From Hyalangium minutum (lineage in GTDB: Bacteria; Myxococcota; Myxococcia; Myxococcales; Myxococcaceae), in NCBI RefSeq assembly GCF_000737315.1, contig NZ_JMCB01000010.1, positions 1-64,000 on the forward strand: a stretch of 64,000 nt of DNA, read 5' to 3'. Each line of letters begins with the position of its first letter. Within the stretch, counting starts at the first letter, position 1. Below are positions 52,230 to 61,603 of this stretch, one piece after another. Both the position numbers and the translations under genes were made by a program. The notes beneath the pieces are model-generated. The model was not told where the DNA came from. It saw only the letters and a program-made list of their open reading frames with translations, and did not search any database.

Positions 52230-53342
52230 TTACTGCACCACGCTCACGGCCAGCCCCTCACGCAGGGAGGCGGCGCCCTCGACGACGACCTTGTCGCTCG
52301 GCTGGAGGCCGCCGCGCACCTGGGCGAAGCGCGGGGTGACGGGCAGCGCCTGCACGTCCCGGCGCGCCAGCCGGCCGTCCTCGACGACAAACACGTAGCT
52401 ACCCTTCTCGTCCTTCAGCAGCGCCTGGGACGGGAGGAAGAGGCCCGCCAGCGCCTCGCTCCGGGAGAAGTCCAGCTCTGCCAGCGAGCCGGGGCGCAGC
52501 ACGCCCTTGCGCTCGCCCGTCACGTCCGCCAGCACCTCTACAGTGCGGCTCTGGCCATCCACCACCACGCCCACCGTGCGCACGGTGGCCTCGAAGTCCG
52601 TGTTGCCCGGGATGACGCGGCCGTGGATCTGCATGCCCTCCTTGAGCGCGCCCGCCATGGACTCGGGCACCGGCAAGCGCACCTCGAGATCCTCCACGTT
52701 GGTGAGCGTGAAGATGGGTGTGGCCGGCACCAGCGACACCGTGTCACCGATGTTCTTCATCTTCGCCGTCACCACCCCGTCAAAGGGGGCGCGCAGCGTC
52801 TGGTCCCGCAGCATCTCCTGGGCCGAGCGCACCGCGGCATCCGCCTGGGCGAACGCGGCGGAGGCCTGGCGCTGGCCGGCCTGCACCTTGTCGAGGATGG
52901 CCTGAGGAGCGCTGCCGCCCTCGAAGAGCTGCTTCGTACGCGTCAGCTCGATGTTGGCGCTGTCCAGGCCCGCCTTCGCCATGTCGCGGGCCGCCTCGGC
53001 CTGGTCCACGGCGATGAAGAGGTTGGAGGAGTCCAGCACCATCAGCGGGGCGCCCTTCTTCACCTTGTCGCCCACGTTCACCAGGAGCTTGTCGATGGTG
53101 CCCGTGGCCGGGGAGCTGAGCGTGGCCTCGAGCCGGGAGCGGATCTGCCCCGTCACGCGGGCGACATCGCCCTGCAGCTTGTCCATGGGAGGCGCGGCGC
53201 GGACGCCCAGGGTGGCCTGGCCCGTGGTGGCGGCGCTGGGAGGTAGCTCGGCCTTGTTGGCACGCGCTTCAGAGCAGCCCAGTCCAGCGGCGGACGCCAG
53301 CGAGCCCAGCAGGAGGAAACGGGTGAGGGAACGGGAAGTCAT
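52230..53342 (-). CDS. RND periplasmic adaptor (membrane fusion protein)
   Basis: Lipoprotein-like signal (AGLGC), lipoyl motif G.IDKLLVNVGDKVKKG, LRAPFDGVV. Confidence 0.93.
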   Translation of the reverse strand: MTSRSLTRFLLLGSLASAAGLGCSEARANKAELPPSAATTGQATLGVRAAPPMDKLQGDVARVTGQIRSRLEATLSSPATGTIDKLLVNVGDKVKKGAPLMVLDSSNLFIAVDQAEAARDMAKAGLDSANIELTRTKQLFEGGSAPQAILDKVQAGQRQASAAFAQADAAVRSAQEMLRDQTLRAPFDGVVTAKMKNIGDTVSLVPATPIFTLTNVEDLEVRLPVPESMAGALKEGMQIHGRVIPGNTDFEATVRTVGVVVDGQSRTVEVLADVTGERKGVLRPGSLAELDFSRSEALAGLFLPSQALLKDEKGSYVFVVEDGRLARRDVQALPVTPRFAQVRGGLQPSDKVVVEGAASLREGLAVSVVQ

Positions 53343-53368
53343 GTGTGTGGAACCTCGAGAGGGAAAAC

Positions 53369-53899
53369 TCAAGAAACGGAACGGGTGGGCTCGGGAACGG
53401 AAGAAGGAGCGGCCCCCTTCTTCCGAGCGTTCCAGTGCTCGCGCGAGGACTGGACCACCCCCCGGAAGAAGTCGAAGAACTCAATCGTCGCGAGGAAGCG
53501 CTGCATGCGCAGGGCATCGTCCGGCCCCAGCCGCTCCATGCGGGTGCGCATGATCTGAAGGATCTCCGTGAGGCCCTCCAGCGCGTCATCGAACTGGTGC
53601 TCGAAGGCCGTGTCGCTGAAGACATAGTAGTGGCGACGATCCCCGGGCAGGCCGATCTCCTCCACTAGCCCTTTGGTATGAAAGCTCCGGATGTTGGTGG
53701 ACACTGACGCGGGGCTCACCTTGAGCAGCTCCGCGATGGTCCCCAGCGCCAGCGGCTTCGAGGCCAGCATCAGCAGCCCCAGCATCCGCCCTCCGATCCG
53801 CGGAAACCCGGCCTTGTCCTCGAAGTGCAGACCCAGCGACTCGATGAAACGCTGGTCTTCGGGCGTTAGAGAGAGCTCGTCCTTGTCACCGTCCACCAC
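53369..53899 (-). CDS. GbsR/MarR-family transcriptional regulator of the efflux operon
   Basis: GFPRIGGRMLGLLML...IAELLKVSPASVSTNIR...GLVE....PGDRRHYY; GTG start 5 nt after AGGAGG. Confidence 0.85.
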   Translation of the reverse strand: MVDGDKDELSLTPEDQRFIESLGLHFEDKAGFPRIGGRMLGLLMLASKPLALGTIAELLKVSPASVSTNIRSFHTKGLVEEIGLPGDRRHYYVFSDTAFEHQFDDALEGLTEILQIMRTRMERLGPDDALRMQRFLATIEFFDFFRGVVQSSREHWNARKKGAAPSSVPEPTRSVS

Positions 53900-54160
53900 T
53901 GCAGCCTCCTTGGCGACGCATCGAATAGTTTCTTCGATTCGTTCAGTCAAGACTGAAAGATTAAGAAATATAAATGGTTCCGTTGGTGGGGACGTAACAA
54001 TCGGGGAATCCCCATGTAGGACAAGCCAGGGCTGAAGGCCCATGACCCGGAAACAGGGTCGCCTGGTCCTTAAACCTTTTTTGAACGAGGTCCGTTTCAG
54101 GGAGAGCCCGGCCGCTTGGAACCCGGCGAGCCGACTTCCCTACCCTGGAGATCTCGTCCC

Positions 54161-55327
54161 ATGCTCAAGTCCTTCGCCCTCGGCTTCGGTCTGCTCACCT
54201 TCCCCGCCGTGGCCCTGGCAGGCGGCCCTCCGGCCAAGCCGGCCTCGGCGGCCGCTCCTGCTGCGGTGGATGCCGCGCACAGCGCGCCCCGGGTGCAGAT
54301 CGCCCTGCTGCTCGACACCAGCAGCAGCATGGACGGGCTGATTGATCAGGCGCGGCGCCAGCTGTGGACGGTGGTGAACACGTTCGCCAAGGCGCGGCGG
54401 GGCACGCAGCTGGCGCAGCTGGAGATCGCCCTCTACGAGTACGGCAAGAGCTCGCTGTCGTCCGAGGGCGGCTACATCCGACAGATCGTCCCCTTCACCA
54501 CGGACCTGGACAAGGTGTCCGAGGAGCTGTTCGGCCTGAAGACCAACGGCGGCGACGAGTACTGCGGCATGGTCATCCAGAAGGCCACGCGCAACCTGGA
54601 GTGGAGCAAGAACAAGAACGACCTGAAGCTCATCTACATCGCGGGCAACGAGCCGTTCACGCAGGGCTCGGTCTCGTACCAGAGCGCCATCGCGGACGCG
54701 AAGGAGCGCGGGATTACGGTGAACACCATCCACTGCGGCTCGGCGAACGAGGGGGCCAGCACGGGGTGGGCGGCGGCGGCGCAGCTCGCGAGTGGCCAGG
54801 CGCTCAACATCGATCAGAACAAGGCGGTGGTGCACATCGCCGCGCCGCAGGATGACGAGATTGCCAAGCTGGGGCGCGAGCTGAACAAGACGTACGTGGG
54901 CTACGGGAGCAAGGGCGCGGAGGCCAAGATGCGGCAGGAGGCGCAGGACACGAACGCCGCCGCCTCCGCGGGCAGCGCCACCACGCGCGCGGTGTCCAAG
55001 GCCAGCCGCATGTATGACAACTCGGGATGGGATCTGGTGGACGGGACGAAGAAGGGCGCGGTGAAGCTCGAGGAAATGAAGGAGGAGGAGCTGCCCGCCG
55101 AGCTGAAGGGCAAGAACGCCGACGAGCGCAAGGCCTATGTGGACGCCAAGGCGAAGGAGCGCGCGGACATCCAGGGGCGCATCCAGAAGCTCCAGTCCGA
55201 GCGCGAGAAGTTCGTCGCGGAGAAGCAGAAGGCTGCGGCCTCGGCGGCGGGCGGGGACTCGCTGGACAAGGCCATCATCGAGTCCGCCAGCAAGCAGGCC
55301 GCGGCTCAGGGCATGGCGCTGGAGTAG
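54161..55327 (+). CDS. Secreted von Willebrand factor A (MIDAS) domain protein
   Basis: Signal peptide; LLLDTSSSMDG (DxSxS), TNGGDEYCG, IAGNEPF.QG. Confidence 0.85.
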   Translation: MLKSFALGFGLLTFPAVALAGGPPAKPASAAAPAAVDAAHSAPRVQIALLLDTSSSMDGLIDQARRQLWTVVNTFAKARRGTQLAQLEIALYEYGKSSLSSEGGYIRQIVPFTTDLDKVSEELFGLKTNGGDEYCGMVIQKATRNLEWSKNKNDLKLIYIAGNEPFTQGSVSYQSAIADAKERGITVNTIHCGSANEGASTGWAAAAQLASGQALNIDQNKAVVHIAAPQDDEIAKLGRELNKTYVGYGSKGAEAKMRQEAQDTNAAASAGSATTRAVSKASRMYDNSGWDLVDGTKKGAVKLEEMKEEELPAELKGKNADERKAYVDAKAKERADIQGRIQKLQSEREKFVAEKQKAAASAAGGDSLDKAIIESASKQAAAQGMALE

Positions 55328-55390
55328 CCCAAGGCTTGACGTTCTGGAGCGAAAGCGGTCCCGTACCGTCTCTTCCTTCGAGGTCCTCTC

Positions 55391-56608
55391 ATGAGACGGT
55401 CTCCCCTCCTGCTCGCGCTCCTCCTGCTGACGCTTCCCCTCGCGGTCCACGCCCAGACCGAGCTGCAGGTCTGGCACGGCTACCGCGCCGCTGAGCGCGC
55501 GGGCCTGGAGAAAGTCGTCGCCGCCTACAACACCGCCAAGGCCAGCTCGGGCGTGAAGGTCTCCCTGCGCGCCATCCCGTCCGATGCGTTCACCGACAAG
55601 ATCACCGCCGCCGTGCCGCGCGGCGTGGGGCCCGATGTCTTCATCTTCCCGCAGGACCGGCTCGGCGGCTGGGTGGAGAGCGGCAACACGCTGGAGCCGC
55701 TCGACTTCTTCCTCGATGACGCCACCCGGAAGCGCTTCCTCCCCACCACCCTGGAGGCCATGACGTACCGGGGCTCCGTCTACGGGCTGCCCCTCAACTT
55801 CAAGGTCATCACCCTCATCTACAACAAGAAGCTCGTGGCCAAGCCGCCGAAGACCACCGGCGAGCTCGCCACCGTGTGCAAGCCCCTGGCGGCCAAGGGC
55901 GCGGACTCCACGTGCCTCGTGTATCCGTACACCGACTTCTACTACCACGCGGCGCTCATGAACGCGTTCGGCGGCCGAGTGTTCGATCCCGGCCCCACGC
56001 CGCGCCTCGACGCCCCCGAGAACGTGAAGGCCCTGGAGCTGCTGCTGCGCTGGGTGGACAAGGATCGGCTCCTGCCGCGCGAGCCCTCCACCGTGCTGAC
56101 CACCTCGCTGTTCAACGCGGGCAAGGCGGCCATGGTGTTCTCTGGCCCCTGGTTCCTCGGGGAGATCTCGCCGGAGATCGACTACGGACTGGCGCCGCTG
56201 CCCACCGTGGACGAGGCCGGCGGAAAGCCCATGAAGCCGTGGATGACCGTCGAGGGCGTTGCCGTGGCCGCGCCCTCCAAGAACAAGGAGGCGGCGTATG
56301 ACTTCGTCAGCTTCCTCACCGGCCCCGAGGGCGCGAAGCTCATGGCGCTCGTGGGCCGCCAGAACCCCGCGTTCGAGCCGGTCTACAAGGATCCCGAGAT
56401 CGCCAAGGACACCACGCTGGCGGCGTTCCGCGCGCAGGCCGAGACCGCCATCCCCATGCCCAACGTGGCGGAGATGACGATGGTCTGGTCCCCGATGACC
56501 ACCGCCATGAACGCCATCGTGCGCAAGGCCTCGGCCCCCAAGACGGCGCTGCAGGATGCCCAGAAGGCCGTCCAGAAGGACGTGGCGAGCCTGCGCAAGA
56601 AGCCCTGA
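55391..56608 (+). CDS. Extracellular sugar-binding protein (maltose/maltodextrin MalE-like)
   Basis: LQVWHGY, GPDVFIFPQDRLGGWVESG, YGLP, LIYNKKL, F..GKAAM.FSGPW, PMPNV.EM..VW. Confidence 0.88.
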   Translation: MRRSPLLLALLLLTLPLAVHAQTELQVWHGYRAAERAGLEKVVAAYNTAKASSGVKVSLRAIPSDAFTDKITAAVPRGVGPDVFIFPQDRLGGWVESGNTLEPLDFFLDDATRKRFLPTTLEAMTYRGSVYGLPLNFKVITLIYNKKLVAKPPKTTGELATVCKPLAAKGADSTCLVYPYTDFYYHAALMNAFGGRVFDPGPTPRLDAPENVKALELLLRWVDKDRLLPREPSTVLTTSLFNAGKAAMVFSGPWFLGEISPEIDYGLAPLPTVDEAGGKPMKPWMTVEGVAVAAPSKNKEAAYDFVSFLTGPEGAKLMALVGRQNPAFEPVYKDPEIAKDTTLAAFRAQAETAIPMPNVAEMTMVWSPMTTAMNAIVRKASAPKTALQDAQKAVQKDVASLRKKP

Positions 56609-56611
56609 GGT

Positions 56612-57967
56612 ATGAAGTCTCCCATGGCCTCTCATTGGACGTGGCGTCTCGCCCTCGCGCTCCTCGGGCTGGCTCTCGGGGGCTGCCCGGGGGACTCCTT
56701 CGACTGCCTTCCCTCCCCTGGGCCCATCAACCAGGTGGAGCGCGCGCCGGGAGTCGTCGTGACCGGGCAGCGGGTCCGCATGGAGGTGATCCCCGCGTCC
56801 GAGTCCGCCGGCTGTGGCTCCCTGGAGAGTTCCGTCCCCATCTCCGCCACGGCCGAGATCGAGGGCCCGGACGGCCGACCTGTCGAGAACCAGTTCACCC
56901 TGGTCCAGCAGTCCAGGACGCCCTCCATCCTCGAGTTCACCCCGGAGCTCCCGGGCCCGTACCACATCACCGTCGTGTTCTCCCACATCGGTGGGCTCCA
57001 CCAGTTCGATCTCCACGCCGCGAGGGATCGCTCCGCCGAGGCTCCCAGTGAGACGCTCCCGCGGACCTGTGACTCTCTCGAGCGAACCTCGAAGGGTGCC
57101 TGGGTCTGCGGCACGTTCGTGATGCGCGGCTCCACAGTGGTGAAGTCCTTCCCTGGCATGTCTCTGGCCGTCGCCGGAGACGTCATCTGGGTGGTGGGCA
57201 GCCTGAGCATCCAGCGCTACGTGGACACAGGCACGGACCTCGTGTTGTCGGGATCCGCCCAGCATGGCCGCGGCTCCGTAGAGTTCCTCCTCGCCTCGCC
57301 GGATGAGCTGACCGTGCTGCACTCCGGTGTCCTGGGGAGCTTTATCTTCAGTTCGGGGACCCTCTCCCCATCCTCCGGCACGACCTGGACGCGTCCGCCC
57401 GAGCCCGTCAACACGCGAGGCTCTTACGGCGTCCTGCTACGAGACGGAGTGCGGGTGGGCTTGGTGACCCGCATCACGGATGCAGACACCTCGGCCGTCC
57501 AGGTGTGCACGTATGAGCTGTCGCCGGGAAGTATCATTTCTCCGCAGGAGCGCTGCCCGTCAGTCCCCGGTGAGCTGATCGGCTTCGAGCCTGGCGTGCT
57601 CTGGACGCAGGATCTGCCCGTGTTCAAAGCGCAGGGGCAGCCCCAGGGGCTCGTCCGCCGATGGGTATGGACCGAGGATCAGATCCAAGAAGCGGGCTCG
57701 CTCTCGCTGGGTCCCAACGCCACGGTCTTCTCTCAGCCCATGAAGCGGGGGGAGACAGCGCCGCTCGTCCGCAACATGGTGACTGATTCGAACATCCTGA
57801 ATGTGACGGGCGTCCTCACCTGGTCTCCCCAGCGGAAGGCGATCCTCTTGGAGCACTTCGACTCGGCACTGGCGGACGGCTTCGCGTCCCGCGCCTTCTA
57901 CTGGGGAACGCTCTCCGGGGCGCCGGCTACCTCCACGCGGATCCGCCTGCGTCCGCCGCCCCAGTGA
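56612..57967 (+). CDS. Hypothetical lipoprotein
   Basis: Lipobox LGGC after a hydrophobic stretch; 451-aa ORF. Confidence 0.65.
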   Translation: MKSPMASHWTWRLALALLGLALGGCPGDSFDCLPSPGPINQVERAPGVVVTGQRVRMEVIPASESAGCGSLESSVPISATAEIEGPDGRPVENQFTLVQQSRTPSILEFTPELPGPYHITVVFSHIGGLHQFDLHAARDRSAEAPSETLPRTCDSLERTSKGAWVCGTFVMRGSTVVKSFPGMSLAVAGDVIWVVGSLSIQRYVDTGTDLVLSGSAQHGRGSVEFLLASPDELTVLHSGVLGSFIFSSGTLSPSSGTTWTRPPEPVNTRGSYGVLLRDGVRVGLVTRITDADTSAVQVCTYELSPGSIISPQERCPSVPGELIGFEPGVLWTQDLPVFKAQGQPQGLVRRWVWTEDQIQEAGSLSLGPNATVFSQPMKRGETAPLVRNMVTDSNILNVTGVLTWSPQRKAILLEHFDSALADGFASRAFYWGTLSGAPATSTRIRLRPPPQ

Positions 57968-58955
57968 GCGGCGGAGGCTCGAACCGGCGCGGGGCTCGGC
58001 CCACCAGCACGTCCGCCAGGGCGTCCGCGATCGGCAGGCCGGGGCGCTGCATCAGCCACAGGAACTCGCCCGACGGGTTCACCTCGAGGAAGACATGCCG
58101 GCCCTCGGGGGTGACGATGAAGTCGAAGGCGCCGTAGTTCAGGCCCAGCGCGTCCATGAGCGCGAGGATCCGTACCCGCACCGGCTCGGGCAGCGTGTAG
58201 GGCTGCCACGCGCCGATGAGCTCCAGTCCCTTCCGCCGCCAGTCCTCCCGCGCCCCCGGCAGCGCCTGCGAGTCGACCGCCGCCGCCATCACTTGCGTCC
58301 CCACCACCGTCACCCTCAGCTCCAGCGCCTTGGTGATTCGCTCCTGGAAGGTCATCGGGCACAGGTCCAGGCCCTCCAGGTCCTCCAGGTCCTCGGGGCG
58401 CAGCGGCGTGGTGAACACCACCTGCTCCTGGCCTTGCGGATCGTAGACGGCGAACGAGGACATCATCTTCGTCACCACGCCGCCGGGGCAGCGCTCAGCG
58501 AAGGCTCGCACCGCCTCCGGATCGTTGGTGGTCAGCGTGCGCGGTACTTCCAGCCCCAGCGCGCGGGCCAACTCGAGCTGCAGCGGCTTGTGCTCCGCGC
58601 GCCGCACGCACTCGATCGTGTCCAGTTGGAAGGCCCCGAGCGCCGCGAGCATCCCGTGCACCACGCGCCGGCTCTCCTCCACCGAAGGCTGGCGGAGCTG
58701 GGGCTCGAGCCCTTGCGGAATCCGCGCCCCCGTGGCGCTGCGGCGATACCAGACCGCTGATACCTCCGACAGCTCGAGCCTCCCTTCAGGCCCCGAGATC
58801 CGCCCGCCGCCTCCCTCATCGAGCACCACCCGGAGCTCGGTGGGGAACAGATCGGTGTCGAAGCGGTAGGCGCGCGCTCCTCGGGCCTCCACGGCCTGGG
58901 CCACGGCGAGGGGCGCATCGTTGTCGAGCGAGCGAGTCACGATGAGGACGGTCAT
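57927..58955 (-). CDS. mvdD: Graspetide ATP-grasp ligase, MdnC/MvdD (ester-forming) type
   Basis: MTVLIVT...AYRFDTDLFPTE...VSAVWYRR...HKPLQL..A..LGL..P.TL..N...CPMTFQE.I.KALELRVTVVG...FLEVNPSGE, collinear with the microviridin MdnC sequence as recalled. Confidence 0.85.
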   Translation of the reverse strand: MTVLIVTRSLDNDAPLAVAQAVEARGARAYRFDTDLFPTELRVVLDEGGGGRISGPEGRLELSEVSAVWYRRSATGARIPQGLEPQLRQPSVEESRRVVHGMLAALGAFQLDTIECVRRAEHKPLQLELARALGLEVPRTLTTNDPEAVRAFAERCPGGVVTKMMSSFAVYDPQGQEQVVFTTPLRPEDLEDLEGLDLCPMTFQERITKALELRVTVVGTQVMAAAVDSQALPGAREDWRRKGLELIGAWQPYTLPEPVRVRILALMDALGLNYGAFDFIVTPEGRHVFLEVNPSGEFLWLMQRPGLPIADALADVLVGRAPRRFEPPPLTGAADAGGSAWR

Positions 58956-59962
58956 GGGCTCTCCTGCAGGGGGAAATGAAGCGGAGCGCTCCCGGCAACG
59001 AGCGCGTCGGCCAGCGCTGCGGCGATGGGCAGCCCGAGGTCGTGCTCGAGCATTCCCCACTCGCCGCCAGGGTTCACCTCGAGGAAGACGTAACGGCCCT
59101 CGGGTGTGACGATGAGATCCACGGCGCCGTACACGAGGCCCAGCGTCGCAATGAGCTGCTCCAGGCGGGCGGCCACTGGCGTCGGCAGCACTCCCGGCTC
59201 CCAGTGGCACTCCGAGGGCTCGGCCCGCCTCCAGTCCACCTGCCCCCTGCGGGAGCGCGAGGCGTCGATGGCGCCCACGAAGCAGCGTCCGCCCACGACG
59301 GCGACGCGCAGCTCGCGGGCCTTGTCGATCCGCTCCTGGAACACCATGGGGCTGTGCCGCAGCTCCTCGAGCGCGTCCAGGTGCTCGGGGCCGATCGCGG
59401 CCGTGTAGACGAAGGGCTGCCCTCCTCCCATCGACTGCGTGAGGGGCATCTGCATCTTGGCGACCATCCGGCCACGCACCTGCGTGAAGAAGGAGCGCAC
59501 CCGGGCCGCGTCATTGGTTACCAGCGTGCGAGGCACCTCCAGCCCCAACATCCGGGCCAGCCGGAGCTGGTGCAGCTTGTTCTGGGCCGTGCGCTCGGCG
59601 CCCATCGGGTTGATGAAGCGGCACCCTGCCGCCTCCAACCCATCCAGAAATCCTTCGAGTGCCGCCTGCGACTCGCGCAGGCAGCCCTCGCGCCATGCGG
59701 ACTCCAGCGTGTCATCGAGCTGGGGAGTGCCCATCCGGCGCATCCACACCGAGTGGATCCTCGTGCCCACGAGTTCGCCCAGCAGCACCTCACTGCCGCC
59801 GTCATCCACCCTGGAGGTGAGCGCCAGCTTCGAGGGAAAGTCATCCGTATCGACACGGAGCGGATGTGCCCCCCGCCGGGACACCTCCTCTTCCACGCGA
59901 TCCACGGTGTAGTGGTCCGCGCTGTGGGTCAGGAGCAGGACGGTGTCTCGGTGGGGGGCCAT
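58952..59962 (-). CDS. mvdC: Graspetide ATP-grasp ligase, MdnB/MvdC (amide-forming) type
   Basis: VLLLTHSADHYTVDRV...RVDTDDFP...SVWMRR...NKLHQLRLA...PMVFQERIDKARELRV...FLEVNPGGEWGMLE. Confidence 0.85.
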   Translation of the reverse strand: MAPHRDTVLLLTHSADHYTVDRVEEEVSRRGAHPLRVDTDDFPSKLALTSRVDDGGSEVLLGELVGTRIHSVWMRRMGTPQLDDTLESAWREGCLRESQAALEGFLDGLEAAGCRFINPMGAERTAQNKLHQLRLARMLGLEVPRTLVTNDAARVRSFFTQVRGRMVAKMQMPLTQSMGGGQPFVYTAAIGPEHLDALEELRHSPMVFQERIDKARELRVAVVGGRCFVGAIDASRSRRGQVDWRRAEPSECHWEPGVLPTPVAARLEQLIATLGLVYGAVDLIVTPEGRYVFLEVNPGGEWGMLEHDLGLPIAAALADALVAGSAPLHFPLQESP

Positions 59963-59994
59963 GGCGAGTGAATCCCAGGGTGGGGTTCGGGCGG

Positions 59995-60183
59995 CTAGTA
60001 GCAGTACTCGTCCCGATCGGATGGGTACTTGAGGGTGTAGTGCTCGTCCCCATCCGAGGGGTACTTCAGGGTGACGCGGGTGGAGCCACCCGCGGCCTGC
60101 TCGAGCTCCTGCGATTCCAGCAAGCGCGCGAAGAAGGGCTTGCGGCCCTCCTGCGGTGCCCCGTCCGTGGCGTTCTTCTTCAT
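59995..60183 (-). CDS. Microviridin/marinostatin-type RiPP precursor with two cores
   Basis: MKKNATDGAPQEGRKPFFARLLESQELEQAAGG-STRVTLKYPSDGDE-HYTLKYPSDRDE-YCY: PFFARxL leader motif and two TxKYPSD cores; GGAGG RBS. Confidence 0.92.
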   Translation of the reverse strand: MKKNATDGAPQEGRKPFFARLLESQELEQAAGGSTRVTLKYPSDGDEHYTLKYPSDRDEYCY

Positions 60184-60352
60184 GTGCGGCCTCCTTGCCG
60201 CCTTGGCATCAGGCGGCGTTACGAGGACCTGCTCTCTGGCAGAGCCCCAGTCCTCGGAGAGACCGACACGGCGGATTTGGGTTGTTACGGCAGGCGCTCC
60301 GGTGTGCGGTCCCCTGCCTGGACAGCAGTGGAGGCGGCGCTCACGAGAGGCG

Positions 60353-61186
60353 CTACAGGGTGTCGAGGAACGCCAGGATGCGCGTGGCACACACCTCGGG
60401 CTGCTCCAGCGGGAACAGGTGGGTGGTGCCTGGGAGTACGCCGCTCTGTCCTCGCGGGAGGGTGCGCTGAACGCGCTCCAGGGCCTCGGGGGTGAGCGTG
60501 TCCGAGTCGCCTCCGCGCAGCACGAGCGCTGGCACGGGGACGGAGCGAAGTTGGCGCCAGACGGCGCGCGGAGACGTCTCGAAGATGCGGGCCTCCCAGG
60601 CCTTGGGGATGGTGAGGCGGAGTCCTCCCCCCGGAGCCTCGGTGAGCCCGTGGGTGATGTAGTCCTGGAAGCACTCGGGATCGAACCGCGCGAAGAGAGG
60701 CTTCTTGCGGTAGCTCGCGGCGGCCTCCTCGCGGGAGTTCCAGGTGTCCCGGCGGCGCCGGGCGAGGCTTGCGGGAGGGATCCGGCTGCGCAGCCCGAGC
60801 AGCGTGAGCGCGTGGAGCAGGAGCAGCCGCTTGCCGGTGACGAGCACCGGATCCAGCGCCACCACGGCCCGGAAGAGCTGGGGGTGCTTCACGGAAGCGA
60901 GCAGCGTGGCCACCCCACCCATGCTGTGTCCCACGCCCACCACGCCCTTGAGTCCGCGCGCGAGCAGGGCCTGAGCCAGATCTTCGGCCATGTCATCCCA
61001 GGCGCGCATGGACCGGGGGTTGGACTCGGGCATGAGCCAGCGTCCGCGGAGGGTGAAGACGTGGTAGCGCGGCGTGAGGCGCTCGATGAGCTTGCGGTAG
61101 GTGCCCGACGGGAAGCCGTTGGCGTGGGCAAGGTGGAGCACCGGGCCGGTGCCACCCCAGTCATCCAGAACGAAGGGAGGGCTCAT
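60353..61186 (-). CDS. Alpha/beta hydrolase
   Basis: HANGF oxyanion region, GHSMGG nucleophile, LRGGDSD, THLFPLEQP. Confidence 0.88.
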   Translation of the reverse strand: MSPPFVLDDWGGTGPVLHLAHANGFPSGTYRKLIERLTPRYHVFTLRGRWLMPESNPRSMRAWDDMAEDLAQALLARGLKGVVGVGHSMGGVATLLASVKHPQLFRAVVALDPVLVTGKRLLLLHALTLLGLRSRIPPASLARRRRDTWNSREEAAASYRKKPLFARFDPECFQDYITHGLTEAPGGGLRLTIPKAWEARIFETSPRAVWRQLRSVPVPALVLRGGDSDTLTPEALERVQRTLPRGQSGVLPGTTHLFPLEQPEVCATRILAFLDTL

Positions 61187-61319
61187 CTCGAGGGGTGCAC
61201 GGACTGTAACCAGCAACGAGGACAGGCGCCACGAGGGACTGTGACGCGCGCCACAGCCTTCGGATGAAGCCTGTCACAGCGTCCGCTTGCTCGTGGAGCT
61301 TTACTGGCGGGTTTGACGC

Positions 61320-61500
61320 GTCAGCCGCGAGCGCAGAGCCGGGCCAGACGCCCATCGAGGTGCCGCGGCGATGCGGGCTGAGGCTGACGAAGGCCTTCGC
61401 GGACTGCACCGCGGAGGATCTGCGGGATGCCATCCAGGCGCGGCGGGCCTGGCCAGGGCACGGGCCGCTGGAGCTGGTGCTCACCTTGAAGGCTCCCAAG
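61320..61500 (+). pseudogene. Fragment of a family X gene
   Basis: AEPGQTPIEVPRRCGLRLTKAFADCTAEDLRDAIQARR aligns with EEPGPTPIEVPDENGHVTEQPFGACSVDQMRRALQRKR at 6.8 kb. Confidence 0.65.
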
Positions 61501-61603
61501 CCGGTGGTGAACACCCCCCAGCCAGCAGTGGTGGCACCCTCGCCCGTGCCCTCACCAACGTCCTCCGAGTGGAGTGGACGCTCGCCAGGTCTCGTGCGCG
61601 TGA

